Below, one piece after another: positions 32,911 through 51,020 of a stretch of DNA of 64,000 nt. The notes beneath the pieces were generated by a model that saw only the letters and a program-made list of their open reading frames with translations, ran no database searches and was not told the DNA's origin. Numbering within the stretch: position 1 is the first letter of the stretch; the number at the start of each line of letters is the position of its first letter. Source of the stretch: the human T2T-CHM13v2.0 reference genome, Homo sapiens; assembly GCF_009914755.1 (NCBI RefSeq), contig NC_060944.1, one strand, 5' to 3'. Both the position numbers and the translations under genes were made by a program.

Positions 32911-33452
32911 CGTTTTTTAACTTCTTTTTCTTGAATTATTGGACTGGGTAAAACCTTAAGAACAATGATGAATAAAAGTGAAAATAGCAGGCATCCTTAT
33001 CTTAGTTCTGATAGAAAGAAAGCACTCAATAATTTCAGTTAAATATGATGGTTGCTGGAGTTTACTTTTTGTAGTTACTCTTTATCAGATTGAGGAATTT
33101 TTCTTCTAATTCTAGTTTGATATAATTTTTAAACATTAACAGATGGTGAATTTTATGAAATGTATTTTTCTCATCAGTTAAAATGAGCCTGTGATTTTTA
33201 CACTTTATTCATTTTATTTATTTTCTATTTTTATGGATAGGTAATAGTTGTACAATTTATGTGGTACATGTGATACTTTGATACAAGCATATAATGTGTA
33301 ATGATCAAATCAGGATAATGGAATATCCATCACCTCAAGCATTTATCATTTATTTGTGTTGGGAACATTCCAAATCTACTCTTCTAGTTATTTTGAAAGG
33401 TACAATAAATTATACTTAATTATACTCACCCTATTGTGCTACCAAGTACAAG

Positions 33453-34607
<1,155 letters not shown>

Positions 34608-34902
34608 TGAACTCCTGGCCTCAAGTGATCTGCCTGCCTCAGCCTCCCAAAGTCTGGGATTGCAGGCATGAGCTACCACGCCCGGCCTCGAATTGTATTT
34701 TTGTATTCATTAACCAACCCTACTTTATATCTTCCTCCCTACTACCCTTCCCACCTTCTCAAAAACACCATTCCATTCACTACCTTTCTGATATCGATTT
34801 TTTTAACTCCACGTGAGTAAGAATATGTGACATTTATCTTTCTGTGTTTGCCTTATCTAACTTAATGATGACCTCCAGTTCCATCTATATTGTTGCAAAT
34901 GA

Positions 34903-35306
<404 letters not shown>

Positions 35307-36118
35307 TAGGTTGATTTCATATCTTCGTTATTGTGAATAGGGCTGCAATAAACATGGGAGTGCAGATATTTTTTTGATACACTGAATTCCTTTCTTTTGG
35401 AAATATACCTATCAGTGAGATTGCTGGATCATATGGTAGTTCTATTTTTAGTTTTTTGAGGAATCTCTATATTGTTTTCCATAGTGACTGTATTAATTTA
35501 TATTCCCGTTAACAGAATACAAGCATCCCCCTTTCTCTGCATCCTTACCAGCATTTGTTATTTTTTTAAATTTCTTTTCCTTCTTCCCAAACATTACTGC
35601 TGATATTTTCTATCTTTTCTGATAATAGCCATTTTAACTGGAGATGAGATGAAATCTCACTGTGGTTTTGATTTGTATTTCCCTGATGATTAGTGATATT
35701 GACTATTTACTCATATGCCTGTTGGCCCTTTGTATGCCTTCTTTTGAGAAATGCCTGTTCATTTTTAAATTGGATTTTTTTAAACCAGTGAGTTGAGTTC
35801 CTTACATATTCTGGTTATTAATCCCTTGTCAGTTGACTAGTGTGTATTAATATTTTCCCATTCTGTAGGTTATCTCTTCACTTTATGGATTGTTTCCTTT
35901 GCTGTGCAGGTTTTTGCCTTGATATTATCGCATTTGTCCATTTTTGCTTTGGTTGCTTGTGCTTTTGAGGTCTTACTCAAGAAATCTTTGCCAGGACCAA
36001 CATCCTCAAGCATTTCCACAATGTTTTCTTCTAGTGGTTTCATAGTTTCAGTTCTTACACTTAAGTCTTTAATCCATTTTGATTTGATTTTTGTATATGG
36101 TGAGAAATGGGGGTATAG

Positions 36119-36361
<243 letters not shown>

Positions 36362-37533
36362 TAGTAGAGACCGGGTTTCACCATGGTCTCGCTCTCCTGA
36401 CCTCGTGATCCACCCGCCTCGGCTTTCCAAAGTGCTGAGATTACAGGTGTGAGCCACCACACCCGGCCTCCAGCACCATTTATTAAAGAGTTGACTGTAA
36501 ATGTATAGATTTGTTTCCGGGTTTTCTATTCTGTTCCATTGGTCTATGTATCTGTTTTTATGCTAGTGCCATGCTGTTTGGGTTACTATAGCTTTGTAGT
36601 ATAACTTGAAATCAGGTATGTGATGCCTACGGCTTTTTTCTGTTTGATCAGGATAGCTTTGGCTATTCTGGGTCTTTTGCTGTTCCATATAAATTTTAGG
36701 ACTTTTAAAAATATTTTTGTGAAGAATGTCATTGGTATTTTTTTGTTTGTTTTCTTTTGTTTTTGAGACACAGTCTCCCTCTGTCACCCAGGCTGGAGTG
36801 CAGTGGTGTGATCACGGCACACTGAAGCCTCTACCTCCTGGGCCCAATTAATCCTTCTGCCTCAGCCTCCTGAGTAGCTGGGATTACAGGTGTGCACCAC
36901 TACTCCTGGTTAATTTTTTTATTTTTTGAAGAGACAGGGTCTTACTGTGTGCCTCGGTTGACTCAAACTCCTGGGCTCAAGTGATCCTCCCACCTTGGCC
37001 TCTCAAAGTGCTAGGATTATACACATGAGCGATACACAGCACCTGGCCTTCACTGGTGTGTAGATAAGGACTGCATTGAATCTGTAAATCACTTTAAGTA
37101 GTATGGACATTTTAACAATATTGATTCTTCCAATCTATGAACATGAGATGGCTTTCCATTTTTTGGTGACCTCTTCAATTTCTTGAATCAATGTTTTATA
37201 GTTTTCATTGTAGAGATCTTTCACTTCTTTGGTCGTTTATGCCTAAGTATTTTTTTCTGTAGCTATCGTAAATGAGACTGCTTTGTGTTCTTTCTCAAAT
37301 TGTTCACAGTTGAAATATAGAAATTCTATAATACTAATTTTTGTATGTTGATTGTGTATCCTGCTACTTAATTTGTTTATCAGTTCCAATAGGGTTTTGG
37401 TGGAGTCTTTAGCTTTTCTAAACATAAGATCATAGTGTCTGCAACCAAGGACAGTTTGGACAGTTTCCTTTCCAATTTGGATGCCCTTTGTTTCTTTCTT
37501 TTGTATAGTTGCTCTGGCTAGGACTTGTAGTAC

Positions 37534-39106
37534 TGATGATAGCAGTGGTCCATCTGGAGCAGCTGCTGCCATCACTCCAGCTGCACATTGCACAGAGCTG
37601 GTGGGAGCCGGCAACAAGTGGGAGCCCTACCCCTTCCAAGTTGGTGGGGTGGGAGCTCTCTGGGTGCAGCTACAGCTGCCCAAGTCATGGCTGCAGACTC
37701 AGGCCTCCCACTCCACGGAGCAGGCAGGAGGCCTACCCTCACGGGTGCAGCTACAGCTGCCCAAGTTGTGGCTACTGACCTGGGCCTTCCTGTGCTCTTG
37801 GGTGGTCCAGGAGCAGGCAGGAACCCCACCCTCCTGGATGCAGCTACAGCCACCCAAGTCACAGCTGCAGAGCCAGGCATCTCTGCACTCTTGGCAGCCT
37901 GGGAAGACCCCCCTGTACCCCCAACCAGGCTCAGAGAAGTCTGCTCCCACTGCCTGGCCTCTCCCTGCTCCCAGCACCCACTCCAATCTTGGAGTAAGGT
38001 TGGGGCTGGGCCCAGGCACTGTCACAACCCAGCCGTGTGTGCATACACTTGGGGCAGTGTTGACATGACAGTCCCCTGCTGCCTTGGGCCCCTCTGGATT
38101 TGGGGCACCAACGAGAATGGGAGGGAAGCTAAGGAGGGGCCGAGGGCAGCTTGGCATTGGCCTGCAGGTGTCCCTTGGCATGATAACCTGGGTGCGATGG
38201 ACAGCAGTGGGAGGCAGACAGGCTCCTGGGTAGAAGGGAGGGCCTGAAGGCTGGGAGTCTGGCTGCCAGTCCCACAGACCAGAGTGGGAAATAGTGGTGC
38301 CTTTTCCCAGCCCACCCATGGCTGCCCATGGACCAATCAGTGTGCACTTCCTCCCTTTTGAGGCCCATAAGAGCCCCCAATTCAGCCAGAGCTGAGCAGA
38401 TTTTGGGACAACCTGCTACAGAGAGGAGCTGCCCACTCCAGGGCCTCCTCTGAGCTATTTTGTCACTCAGTAAAGCTTCTCTTCACCTTGCTCACCCTCC
38501 ATTTGTCTGCACACCTCATTCTTCCTGGACGCAGGACAAGAACTCGGGACCTACCAAATGGTGGGACTAAAAGAGGTGTAACACAAACAGGGCTGAAACG
38601 TCCCTTGCTCACCACGTTGAGGGTGAAGAGAAGGATAGAAGAGCTGTGGCCCTTTGGGGAGCCCAGACCTGGGAGTTCCCTGAGCCAGGGCTATGACTCC
38701 GTCTTTGGGGCCCTGTGACTCCTGGAGTCTCCAAGCTTCTGGGAGCCACCACATTCCCCAGTGGCAGGTGTGGAAGCTGCTTGCAGTGTGTCTGGTCCAG
38801 TTGCAGCCTCACAGAGAGTCAGCACCCACGTCAGCACCTGGAGCTGCCTGCCCCACAGCAGCTGACATGCTTGACTGTGCGCAGTGGCCAGACCCCCATG
38901 CTTGCTCACTCACACACCTGCTGCCACTCCATGCCTGGCTTGCCTTTGGCAGGCATGGGATCCAGGCCAGTAGTGTGGACCAAGCACAACCTGCCAGGCT
39001 GAGTGGGCAGAATAAGACCAGCGGGCCTGAGCAAAACTCAGGCAAAGGTGCCACCAGCCACAGAGGTTTCCAGCCAGAAAAGTGACACCCCGAGGATCCT
39101 GCAACA
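37534..39106 (+). mobile_element. MER52-type ERV1 solo LTR (~1.57 kb)
   Basis: tgatgatagcagtgg...gatcctgcaaca termini, GC-rich internal repeats (gtgcagctacagctgcccaag), 4-bp TSD gtac; L1 resumes on both sides. Confidence 0.85.
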
Positions 39107-39423
39107 GTACTAGGTTGAATAAAAGTGGTGAAAGCAGTCATCCTTGTCTTGTTCCAGATGTTAGATGAAAGGCTTTCAGTTTTTCCCCATTTAGCATGCT
39201 GTTAGCTGTGGGGACCTTATTCATTTTATGATGAACCACAGTGACTGATTTTTTTGAATGATAACTTAATCTTGTATTCCTGGAATAAACCCTATTTGGT
39301 CATGGAGTATTAGTCCTTTTATATATTTCTAGTTTGGGTACGCTAATATTTTGGTTAAGATTTTTACATGTATATTATTTTTAAAATTTGATATGTAATT
39401 TTTCTCTTGTAGTGTTCTCTCTC

Positions 39424-39754
39424 TTTTTTAAAGAGACAGGTCTTGCTCTGTCATCCAGGCTGGAGTACAGTAGCTTAGTGGCTTGATTATAGCTCACTGC
39501 AACCTTGAACTCCTGAACTTAAGCAATCCTGCTGCCTCTGCCTCCCAGGTACCTAGGACTGCAGGAGCATGCCACCATGCCTGGCTCGATTTTTATTTAA
39601 TGTTTTATAGAGACAGGTTCTCACTGTTGTTGCCCAGGCTGATCTCAAACTCCTGATCTTAAATGATCCTCCCAGTTTGGCCTTCCTCAAATGATCCTCC
39701 CACTTCGGCCTCCCAAAGTGCCAGAATTATAGGCATGAGCCACCGTGCCCGGCC
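39424..39754 (-). mobile_element. AluJ
   Basis: Diverged antisense Alu. Confidence 0.88.
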
Positions 39755-39759
39755 TCATT

Positions 39760-41385
39760 GCCATATATTTTAATTTTATATATACTTTAAATTCTACAAA
39801 ATGTTGTTGTTATTGTTGTCAGTGCTGTTGTTTTATACAATTGGCATTTGTTAAGATTTACCCACTGTTGTTAACTTAATGTTGTTCTATATTTCTTCTT
39901 TCAGTTTTGTGCTTCCATTGAGATTACTTTCTTTCTGCCTGAAAAATACCATTTAGAATGTCTTTTAATATGGGTCTACGGGTGACAAATTTTTCTCAGG
40001 TATTATTTGTCTGAAATTGTCTTTATTTCCACCTTCATTTACGAAAAAATGTTTTTGCTGAATGTAGAATCCCAACTTAGTTATTTTCTTTCATTTTGAA
40101 GATATCATTCCATTGTTTTCTGAGTTATGTTGTTTCCTTTGAGAAATTAGCAGTCAGTCTTACTTTTTGATCTTTTGCAAGTAAACTGACTTTTTTCTTG
40201 TGCTACTCCTAAGATTTTTCTCTGGGTCGTTAGCTTTTTATAGATGTACAGTCACATGCCTAGGTGTACATTTATCCTGCTTGGGCTTTGTGGCATTTCT
40301 TGAATCTGTAACCAGATAAAGATATCAAGTATATAAAGCTTTGGTACATTCTCAGTAATTATCTTCTCAAATATTGCTTGTGTCCCATTTTCTCTCTCTT
40401 ATCCTTCTAAGATTATAACTGCTTACTATGTCCTATATGATTTTACATTCTTTTCTGTATTTTTCATCATTTTGTAACTCCATGTTTTAGTCTGTGTATT
40501 TTCTTCTGAATTTTCTTTCATTTCACCAATTCTGCTTTAAGCTGAGTCTAATTTATTATTAAACTCACCTAATAGATTACTCTTTAAACTTTTATTTGTA
40601 AATAATTTCATAACGTAAAGAAAAGTTACAAGACTAGTAAGAAAAATTGCAACAACTCCCATACACCCAATCTCTGATTGTTAATACTTTGTCTCATTTG
40701 CTTTATTATTTTGTGCCTGTGTGTTCACTCTCTTTCTTCAAATGTGCACACACATTCATGCACACACACATTTTTTACACATAAAATTTGAGAGTAAATT
40801 TCATACATATACATTATGACCCTTTTCTACTAAATATTTCATTGTGAATTTCCAAAGAATAAGAATATTTTCTTAAGTAACCATGGTACAGTTATCACTC
40901 CTATAAACTTATTTAGTATATTTTAATATTGATGCAATACATTATCTACTGTCTATTTTACAATTTTAACAATTGACCCAATAATGTCTTATATAGTATT
41001 TATTTTCCTTCAGTACAATCTCCTTTAATCTGGAGCAGTTCCTCAGCCATTCTTTGTCTTTTATGACATTGACATTTTTGAGGAAAAAAAATTCTTCTTT
41101 TGTGTGATAGAATTATTTTAATTTTGAGTTTATCTGATGTTTTCCCACCTGCCCTTGTTAATTTTGATCACTCCATTGAGATATTTCCATTCTTTACCCT
41201 TATAACTAATAAGCAATCTGTAGGGGAAATACTTTAAGAATGTGCATATATCTTGCATCTATTGATGATTCTTACTTGAATCAATTCTTACTATGATGGT
41301 TGCAAAATTAAGATTTTCCAACTCCAGCACTGCTTTTGAGTGACTGTAGGACTTACCAGTCAGCACTTGACATACTACTATAAGC
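39760..41385 (-). mobile_element. Degraded old L1 fragments
   Basis: T-rich with L1M-like motifs (gtctttatttccaccttcattt, tctcagtaattatcttctcaaatatt). Confidence 0.55.
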
Positions 41386-41394
41386 AAGAAGCCT

Positions 41395-41885
41395 CCTAGA
41401 ATGTTTATCCCTCCAAAAGTCACTTTAAACTTAGTTGCCATTGTAACAGTATCAACAGGTGAGACTTCTAAGAGGTGATTAGGCCATGAGGACTCCACGC
41501 TTGTGAATAGACCTAATGCTGCTATCATTATTGCAAGGGTGGGTTCACCCTTCTTGCTCCTTCTCCTCCATCCTTTCTTTATCCTTCTGCCATGTGATGC
41601 CTTCTACCATGTTATGACACAGCAAAAAAGGCCCTCACCAGATGCCAGCCCTTCTATCTTGGACTTGCCAGCCTCCAGAACTGTGAACCAATAACTTTCT
41701 TTGCATTATAAATTACCCAGTCTGTGGTATGCTTTTATAGCAGCACAAAACAGTCTAAGACAGAAAGTTAATGCCAGAGAGTGGAGTGTTGCTATAACCA
41801 ACACCTGAAAAATGTGAAAGTGGCTTTGGAATTGAGTCATAGGTAGAGACTGAGACAGTTTTGAAGTGAACACTGAAAAAGTCTG
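41395..41885 (+). mobile_element. MST (ERVL-MaLR) LTR (to 41762) plus first ~120 bp of internal sequence
   Basis: gaggtgattaggccatgagg...gacttgccagcctccagaactgtga...ataaattacccagtctgtggtat...ctaagaca, then MaLR-int-like aatgtgaaagtggctttggaa. Confidence 0.85.
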
Positions 41886-44772
41886 TCTCTAAAGCAGCAG
41901 ACTGGTCATTTTCTTCTGCGGGCCAGAGTAGCACTTCAAAAATTGCATGAAGCAGGGGCATGAACATCTGTTGTAAAAACGGGGATACTTGTACCTTGAA
42001 TTTGGCCGTAATCTGGTTGATAAGAGGAATGAACTCCTGGAGGTCTTTTGCTTCACAATCTTTGAGTATATGTTCTGAAGCAGATGGGATGAACGGAAAA
42101 ACTTCTTCCTCCAGGCAAATAATCATTCGATGAAGGAAAGTACAGACTCCACTTCTGAGAATACCCTTTTGTAAGGGACAACTGAGGGCCAGCAAGAATG
42201 TCTGTAAACAGTCCAGATAAACTTCGGAACAGCCACACTGTTTCACAGTCTGCTTGTTGCTGAAAGCTTTACTAGTTCGACTTGCAAATCCAACAGCATG
42301 GTTGAGACAGTCTGCTAGAGAGGCTTGCCTTTCTTCATCTTGTGCCAGCATCAAATTTTCTAACAGAATTTTAAACTTCTCCATTAGTGGAGTCAACAGA
42401 TTCCTCATTAAGGCTTCTTTCCTTTCTGCCGGGTATTCATTATTAACAATCATCACTCCAACTGTCTCATAAATAAAATTTGATCATCGCTGCTCAGGAA
42501 GGACTGGTGGCCATTCTCAGGTGGAGAAAGCTTTAATAAATCTTGTATTCTATTCAAAATATCCTCAATGAAAGGATTCATTTGCTTATTGAGAGATTTG
42601 ACAAATCTAGAAAACAGGTAAGCCATCTTGCTCTGAACTTTTGCACTGGAATGACGCAGACCTCTGTGATCTAAGAAAGCCATTAGTACACATGGAACGT
42701 GCTGAGGTTCAACTGTGAAAAACTTTTCATATCTAACAACAGTTTCGAAGAACTCCAACGTCACAGATGTATGCTGATAGGAACTGACTCCTGATGTTAC
42801 CAGAGTTCGCATCATACCCTGCAAAGCACTAGCTTTTGAAACATCACCTGAGAAGTGAGCACCATGAGATAGATACTGGAAGAGCTTCTGCCAACATATA
42901 CAGCAATCTTATTGCTACTTCAACTTCCATGAACCGTGTAGTCTGCCAATTCTGCAGTGTAGAACTAAAAACTCTGCGAACAGAGGCCAGTAGTAACTCT
43001 CGTGAAACTTGAGCAAGCCTGTCCAACACTAACTTCAGTTGTTTTCTATATTCTACAAACATGGCTTTATCTTGACCCTCATTTTCAAAGTTATATTCTT
43101 CATCATAAGTCAATTTTTTCATAACGGCCAACATGATTGCCTCCACATTAGCTTTTTGCTGATCCGAGAGCACTGTAAGCTGTTTCAAAATATGAAGATA
43201 ATCATAACAAAATCCAATATTAGAAGAAATATCATCATCCTCATGAATTAGTAGCTGCAACATCAGTGCCACTTTTGTTTCAATAGCTTGTAGTGCCTCT
43301 TGAGCATTCTTAATATTCCCATTCTTAGTTAATTTACTCCAACTAACTATCCATGACTGTCCCATTCCGTTTACCGGCTTAGAAAATCTGGCCAACATCT
43401 TCTTCCTGGTCAATGCTGAAAAGAAGTCAACATCTTCTTCCTGGTCAATGCTGAAAAAGCCAGCAGACTGTAATACTTGACACAAAGATTCTACTAGTTT
43501 CATTTTATCAACAGGGTCCATTCCTTTATTTACAACTTCAAATAAACAGTCACATGCTTCTTCCCGTAGAACTTCTATTGACATATGACCTAGCAGCATA
43601 TTTATAAACCTATCATTGGCTAAAAGGGATAAGTCAATCCAAGAGACATAAGCCCCAACTACTTCAAGGCACTGACACATCACTTCAGAATTAGTATACT
43701 GATAATTTTGTGATATTTGGTACCATGATTCCACCAGATTTGGAATGCACTGTTCCCTCATGGTATCTTTTATGAGAGTATTCCTGTGAGCCTCCTCTGA
43801 TGTATGCACCACATCACGATCCACCAACTCTGAGTTGATAGCCATGAGGATTCGCAGGTACAGATCTACTCCCCTTGGATTTAGGTCCACTACTGAGAGA
43901 ATGTCAAAAAAAAAACTTGGGCCACTTAGTGAGATATTCTGCAACAAAAAGCAAGGCGAGGACTTGGGCGGCTTTATTTGGTATAAAGGTCTTCTCTGGT
44001 TGGGGATTCAGCATCTGAGCTTGCAGCCATGATATGAGCGTCTCCCTAATTAGTTGTTGTTGAACAGTGGTTAGTTCTGAATATTTGTATTTAACTTGAT
44101 GTTCCAGTACTTGAAAGCAGAAAAACTTTACATGATCATCACTATATGTCCTCTGGGCTAGAGCTTCTGCACACACCTGCCAGGCATCTGGGGAAATCTT
44201 TAACTGCTCAAAATAGGCCAGGGCCCTTAGTCTAAAGTCTGAATCAGCATTTGGATTTAGCCCTAATAGAGCCTGTTTATCCATCCTTGCTGCTATACTT
44301 GGAGTTTTCTGGTTATAATAGGCTTGCCCTCTGATCCCACAGAAGAATTTATAAACATCTTCCCTATCACTCCAGCCCGCCTCCCAGCCTGAACTCCATG
44401 GTCAGCCAGCGGAACGGAGCCGAGCGGCGCAGCTCGCAGAGAGCTGGGACAGCGGCCCTCGTCCTTGTCGCCGTAGTCCTCTGCCACGACCGCAGCGCCA
44501 ACGCCAGAGACGGAGTTGGCCGGGACTGCACGCCTCTCGTCGCTCCGCGTCCCCTGGCACCTTCTCTTGAGTGGCAGGCAAGCAAGCAAGCAAGCGGGCG
44601 GGGTCAGCGCCCCAAGAAGGGAAAGAGCGCGAGGGCCAGCTAACGCCGCCGCCGCCGTCGCCGCTGAGTCAGCGCGAAGCGCCCTCTCCGAGTAGGTGCC
44701 GCGCGGGCGGGCGCTGGCGCCAGCAGTCTCATGGAGAGTGCGGGCGGCAGCCCGCGGGCTGGGGCCGTCTCC
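41886..44772 (-). pseudogene. XPOTP1: Exportin-T (XPOT) processed pseudogene with 5'UTR, frameshifted and 3'-truncated
   Basis: Four collinear intronless ORF pieces (44284-43904, 43947-42844, 42824-42453, 42456-41886) match exportin-T (MDEQALLGLNPNADSDFR...AEENDQSAALE); frameshifts at A10 run 43906-43915, agat duplication 42867-42874 and ~42470; GC-rich 5'UTR to ~44772. Confidence 0.95.
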
Positions 44773-44779
44773 TGTCTAT

Positions 44780-45330
44780 TTCTTATTTATTCCTTTCAAA
44801 ATGGCGTCTTATGATAAGCAAAAAAATAAATTTTCTTGAAGTCCAATATTTTATTTTTACTTTTATGGTTAGTACATTTTATGTTCTACCTATGAAATTT
44901 CCGTTTACTCCATAGTCACAAAGATATACTTCTAGAAGTTTTATGGTTCTAGTTTTTAATGTAGGTCTATGATCCATCTTGAATTAATTTTTTGTATGGA
45001 ATGCCATAGGGGTTAGAGCTGTCTTTCCATAGAGATACCCAGTTTTTTTCACACATCTGTTAAACAGGCATTCCTTTGCCTCACTGAATTGATCTGATGC
45101 CTTGGTTGATAATCAGTTGACTATATATGTATAGATCTATTTTTGGACTTGATCCTGTTCCATTCATCTGTATCTGTCTACTCTAGCTTTGTGGCAAATC
45201 TTGAACTTGTGAGTATAAATATTCTAAATTTGTTCTTTTTTCAATATTGTTTTGATTATTCTAGGTCCTTTGCATTTCCATATAAATTTTAGAACCATGT
45301 TGTCAATTTCTTCAAAAAAGCCTGTGGAGC
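44780..45330 (-). mobile_element. Old L1 ORF2 fragment
   Basis: ggtctatgatccatcttgaattaattttttgtatgg, tctaggtcctttgcatttccatataaattttagaa. Confidence 0.7.
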
Positions 45331-45411
45331 TCTGGAGACGATTTGAGGTTCTATATGATGTTATCTCTCTCCAGAAGGGTTTACTTTTGTTTCTGTCAAG
45401 CGAATAGGCTA

Positions 45412-46254
<843 letters not shown>

Positions 46255-46980
46255 CGCTGAAAGCTCTTTTCAGCCTCTCAGCGCTGCTTTTGCTTTTGGA
46301 ATCAGCAATTGTCTTCAGAGTAAAGTGTCTCCAAATACCAGTCTCACCTTACTTGGCTTCTCTTTTTCTCCAGATCTTGGACTAGCAAATTCTCACTGCT
46401 TTTGTAGCTCTTCCATAGCTCCAAATTGCTGTTTTTAAAAAGTGCTAATTTGTTCAGCATTTGTAATTGTTCTCAGCAAGATGTTTGAAAAAGACCAACT
46501 AGTCAGCCTTTGCCAGAAATGGAACTCTATGACACACATTTTTAGAAATATAAGTTCATTAAGATTAACTTTGTTTTGGAAGATACGTTCAGACTTTATT
46601 AATGATTTTGGAGACAATTGGGAAATTGCGAGCATGGAGGTTTGGCTTCAGCATTATGAGGGTAAAAAACTCCCACAAATCCTCAGATTGGAATGACAGA
46701 GCCCACAAGCAGGATATGATATTTGGAGCTGTTCACTAAGGCTATTTGGTGTGCCTTGTACACCTACCACTTCTTCACCACTCCCTTCTAAAAAGGAGAG
46801 ATTGGGAAAAATATAGCCTTGTTCATTACTTTTATCCAGTCCCACTGAGGCAAAGTGGCATCACCCATTTATCATTTTTTATTACTGAGCAATAGCAGCA
46901 TGCAGGTCTTATAGCTGGATACTTCTGGGGAGCACTCCTCCTATTTGCTTTTAGATATCTGCTCACCCACCCTAGCTTAA

Positions 46981-47354
<374 letters not shown>

Positions 47355-48199
47355 CCTTTTCAGCAATTTTAACGTAACCCTCTGAAGTTTCTCAAACTAA
47401 ATGTGAGAATAGCTGGAAACCTATGGCTCTTGTATACAGATGTACACTATAGGCAGTTGTATAGACTTCCAAACACATACACATTACATGTTCAAATGTA
47501 TATAAATATAGACTCAAAGCTCCTAGGGAACAGGTAGTATAAGAAAAGGAAGCCTAACCTTAGGCTAAACTAGATAATGTCATGTAATACACTAGACTAG
47601 ACACTATATGGAAAGAGGTGATCCAAGTGATCCTCTTGAGGAAGGAGAGAATCAAGGAGTAAAAACTAACTTTTGTGGATGCTTGTTATGTGCCAAGTGT
47701 GGTGCTTAAACACCTTTTCTATCTTTACACATTCAATCATCATAATGATCCTGCAGAATAGGTATTGTTATCCCCATTTTTAATTTAATCTCCCAAAAGG
47801 CCACACCCAAGACCAGGAGCTAGTGTATTTGCAAAGCCAAGATTCAAATCTAATTCTGCCTGGCTCCAAAACTTATTCTCTGAAAGTAGGAAAGAGAGGC
47901 AGAAGTTCTTATTTAAACAATTAGACTCTGCAATAGAGTTTCCAAGCAAAATATAATTAATAAATTTGTTTACTCTTTCTCTCTCATAGTGGTCAACAGC
48001 ATTAATCTCAGTGAATAACACTGTATAAGCACTTACTAGAATAAAAGTGCTCAGTTACTAGGTTTTGCTGGGCAAGTGTAAGGTTGCTTGTGGGTGGTGA
48101 GAGGAACAGAGCACAGAAATGTTAACATTCACAAACTTTCTGAACACCTGAGCACTGAGCTGGGAACCCAGAATATAAAGATAAAAAATACAAAACATG

Positions 48200-50564
<2,365 letters not shown>

Positions 50565-51020
50565 TTAGCTGTAGGATACCAGCTTTTGCCATAGAAAATA
50601 CCCAGTTACAGCTCATAGAACCTAAAAGAATTTGAGTTGGCAATGGTAGGCTACAGGGAGGAAGGATAATTAAAAAAAAAAAGGCTACAGATGGAGGAGG
50701 ATGAGGCTGTAACTGCTATGATCTACAGCAAATAAGTAGCCCAGGCCTTAGGTGTTTTCATTTGTGGTTTAGGGCTCCAGAGCTTCTTTTGAATAACCAG
50801 TAAGGACCCATGACTCAGAATCATTGCTTCGAGGGCCGTATTGAGCAACTCTGAAACTAGATGCAGAACAGATGTCGTTGTAGAAGCCTAACATGCAGAG
50901 AAACTTGTAAAATATATATTTTTTTCAGGCCCTAGATTCTAAGATCCTGCTTTGCAGATCTGAAGTGGGACCCAGGAATCTTTAACAAGCTCTAAGGTAA
51001 TGGTAATGCAAAAGTTACTC

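Noticed and set aside
37481-39141. Many overlapping ORFs of 100-219 aa on both strands
   Set aside because: All lie in a GC-rich MER52-type LTR bounded by a TSD; no recognisable protein; expected from low stop-codon density
39660-39716. ~28-bp tandem duplication inside an AluJ (aaatgatcctccca x2)
   Set aside because: Ordinary slippage duplication in a dead repeat
42844-43947. 367-aa ORF as a functional XPOT paralogue
   Set aside because: Cut off from the true ATG by a +1 frameshift, followed by more frameshifts and 3' truncation; intronless pseudogene
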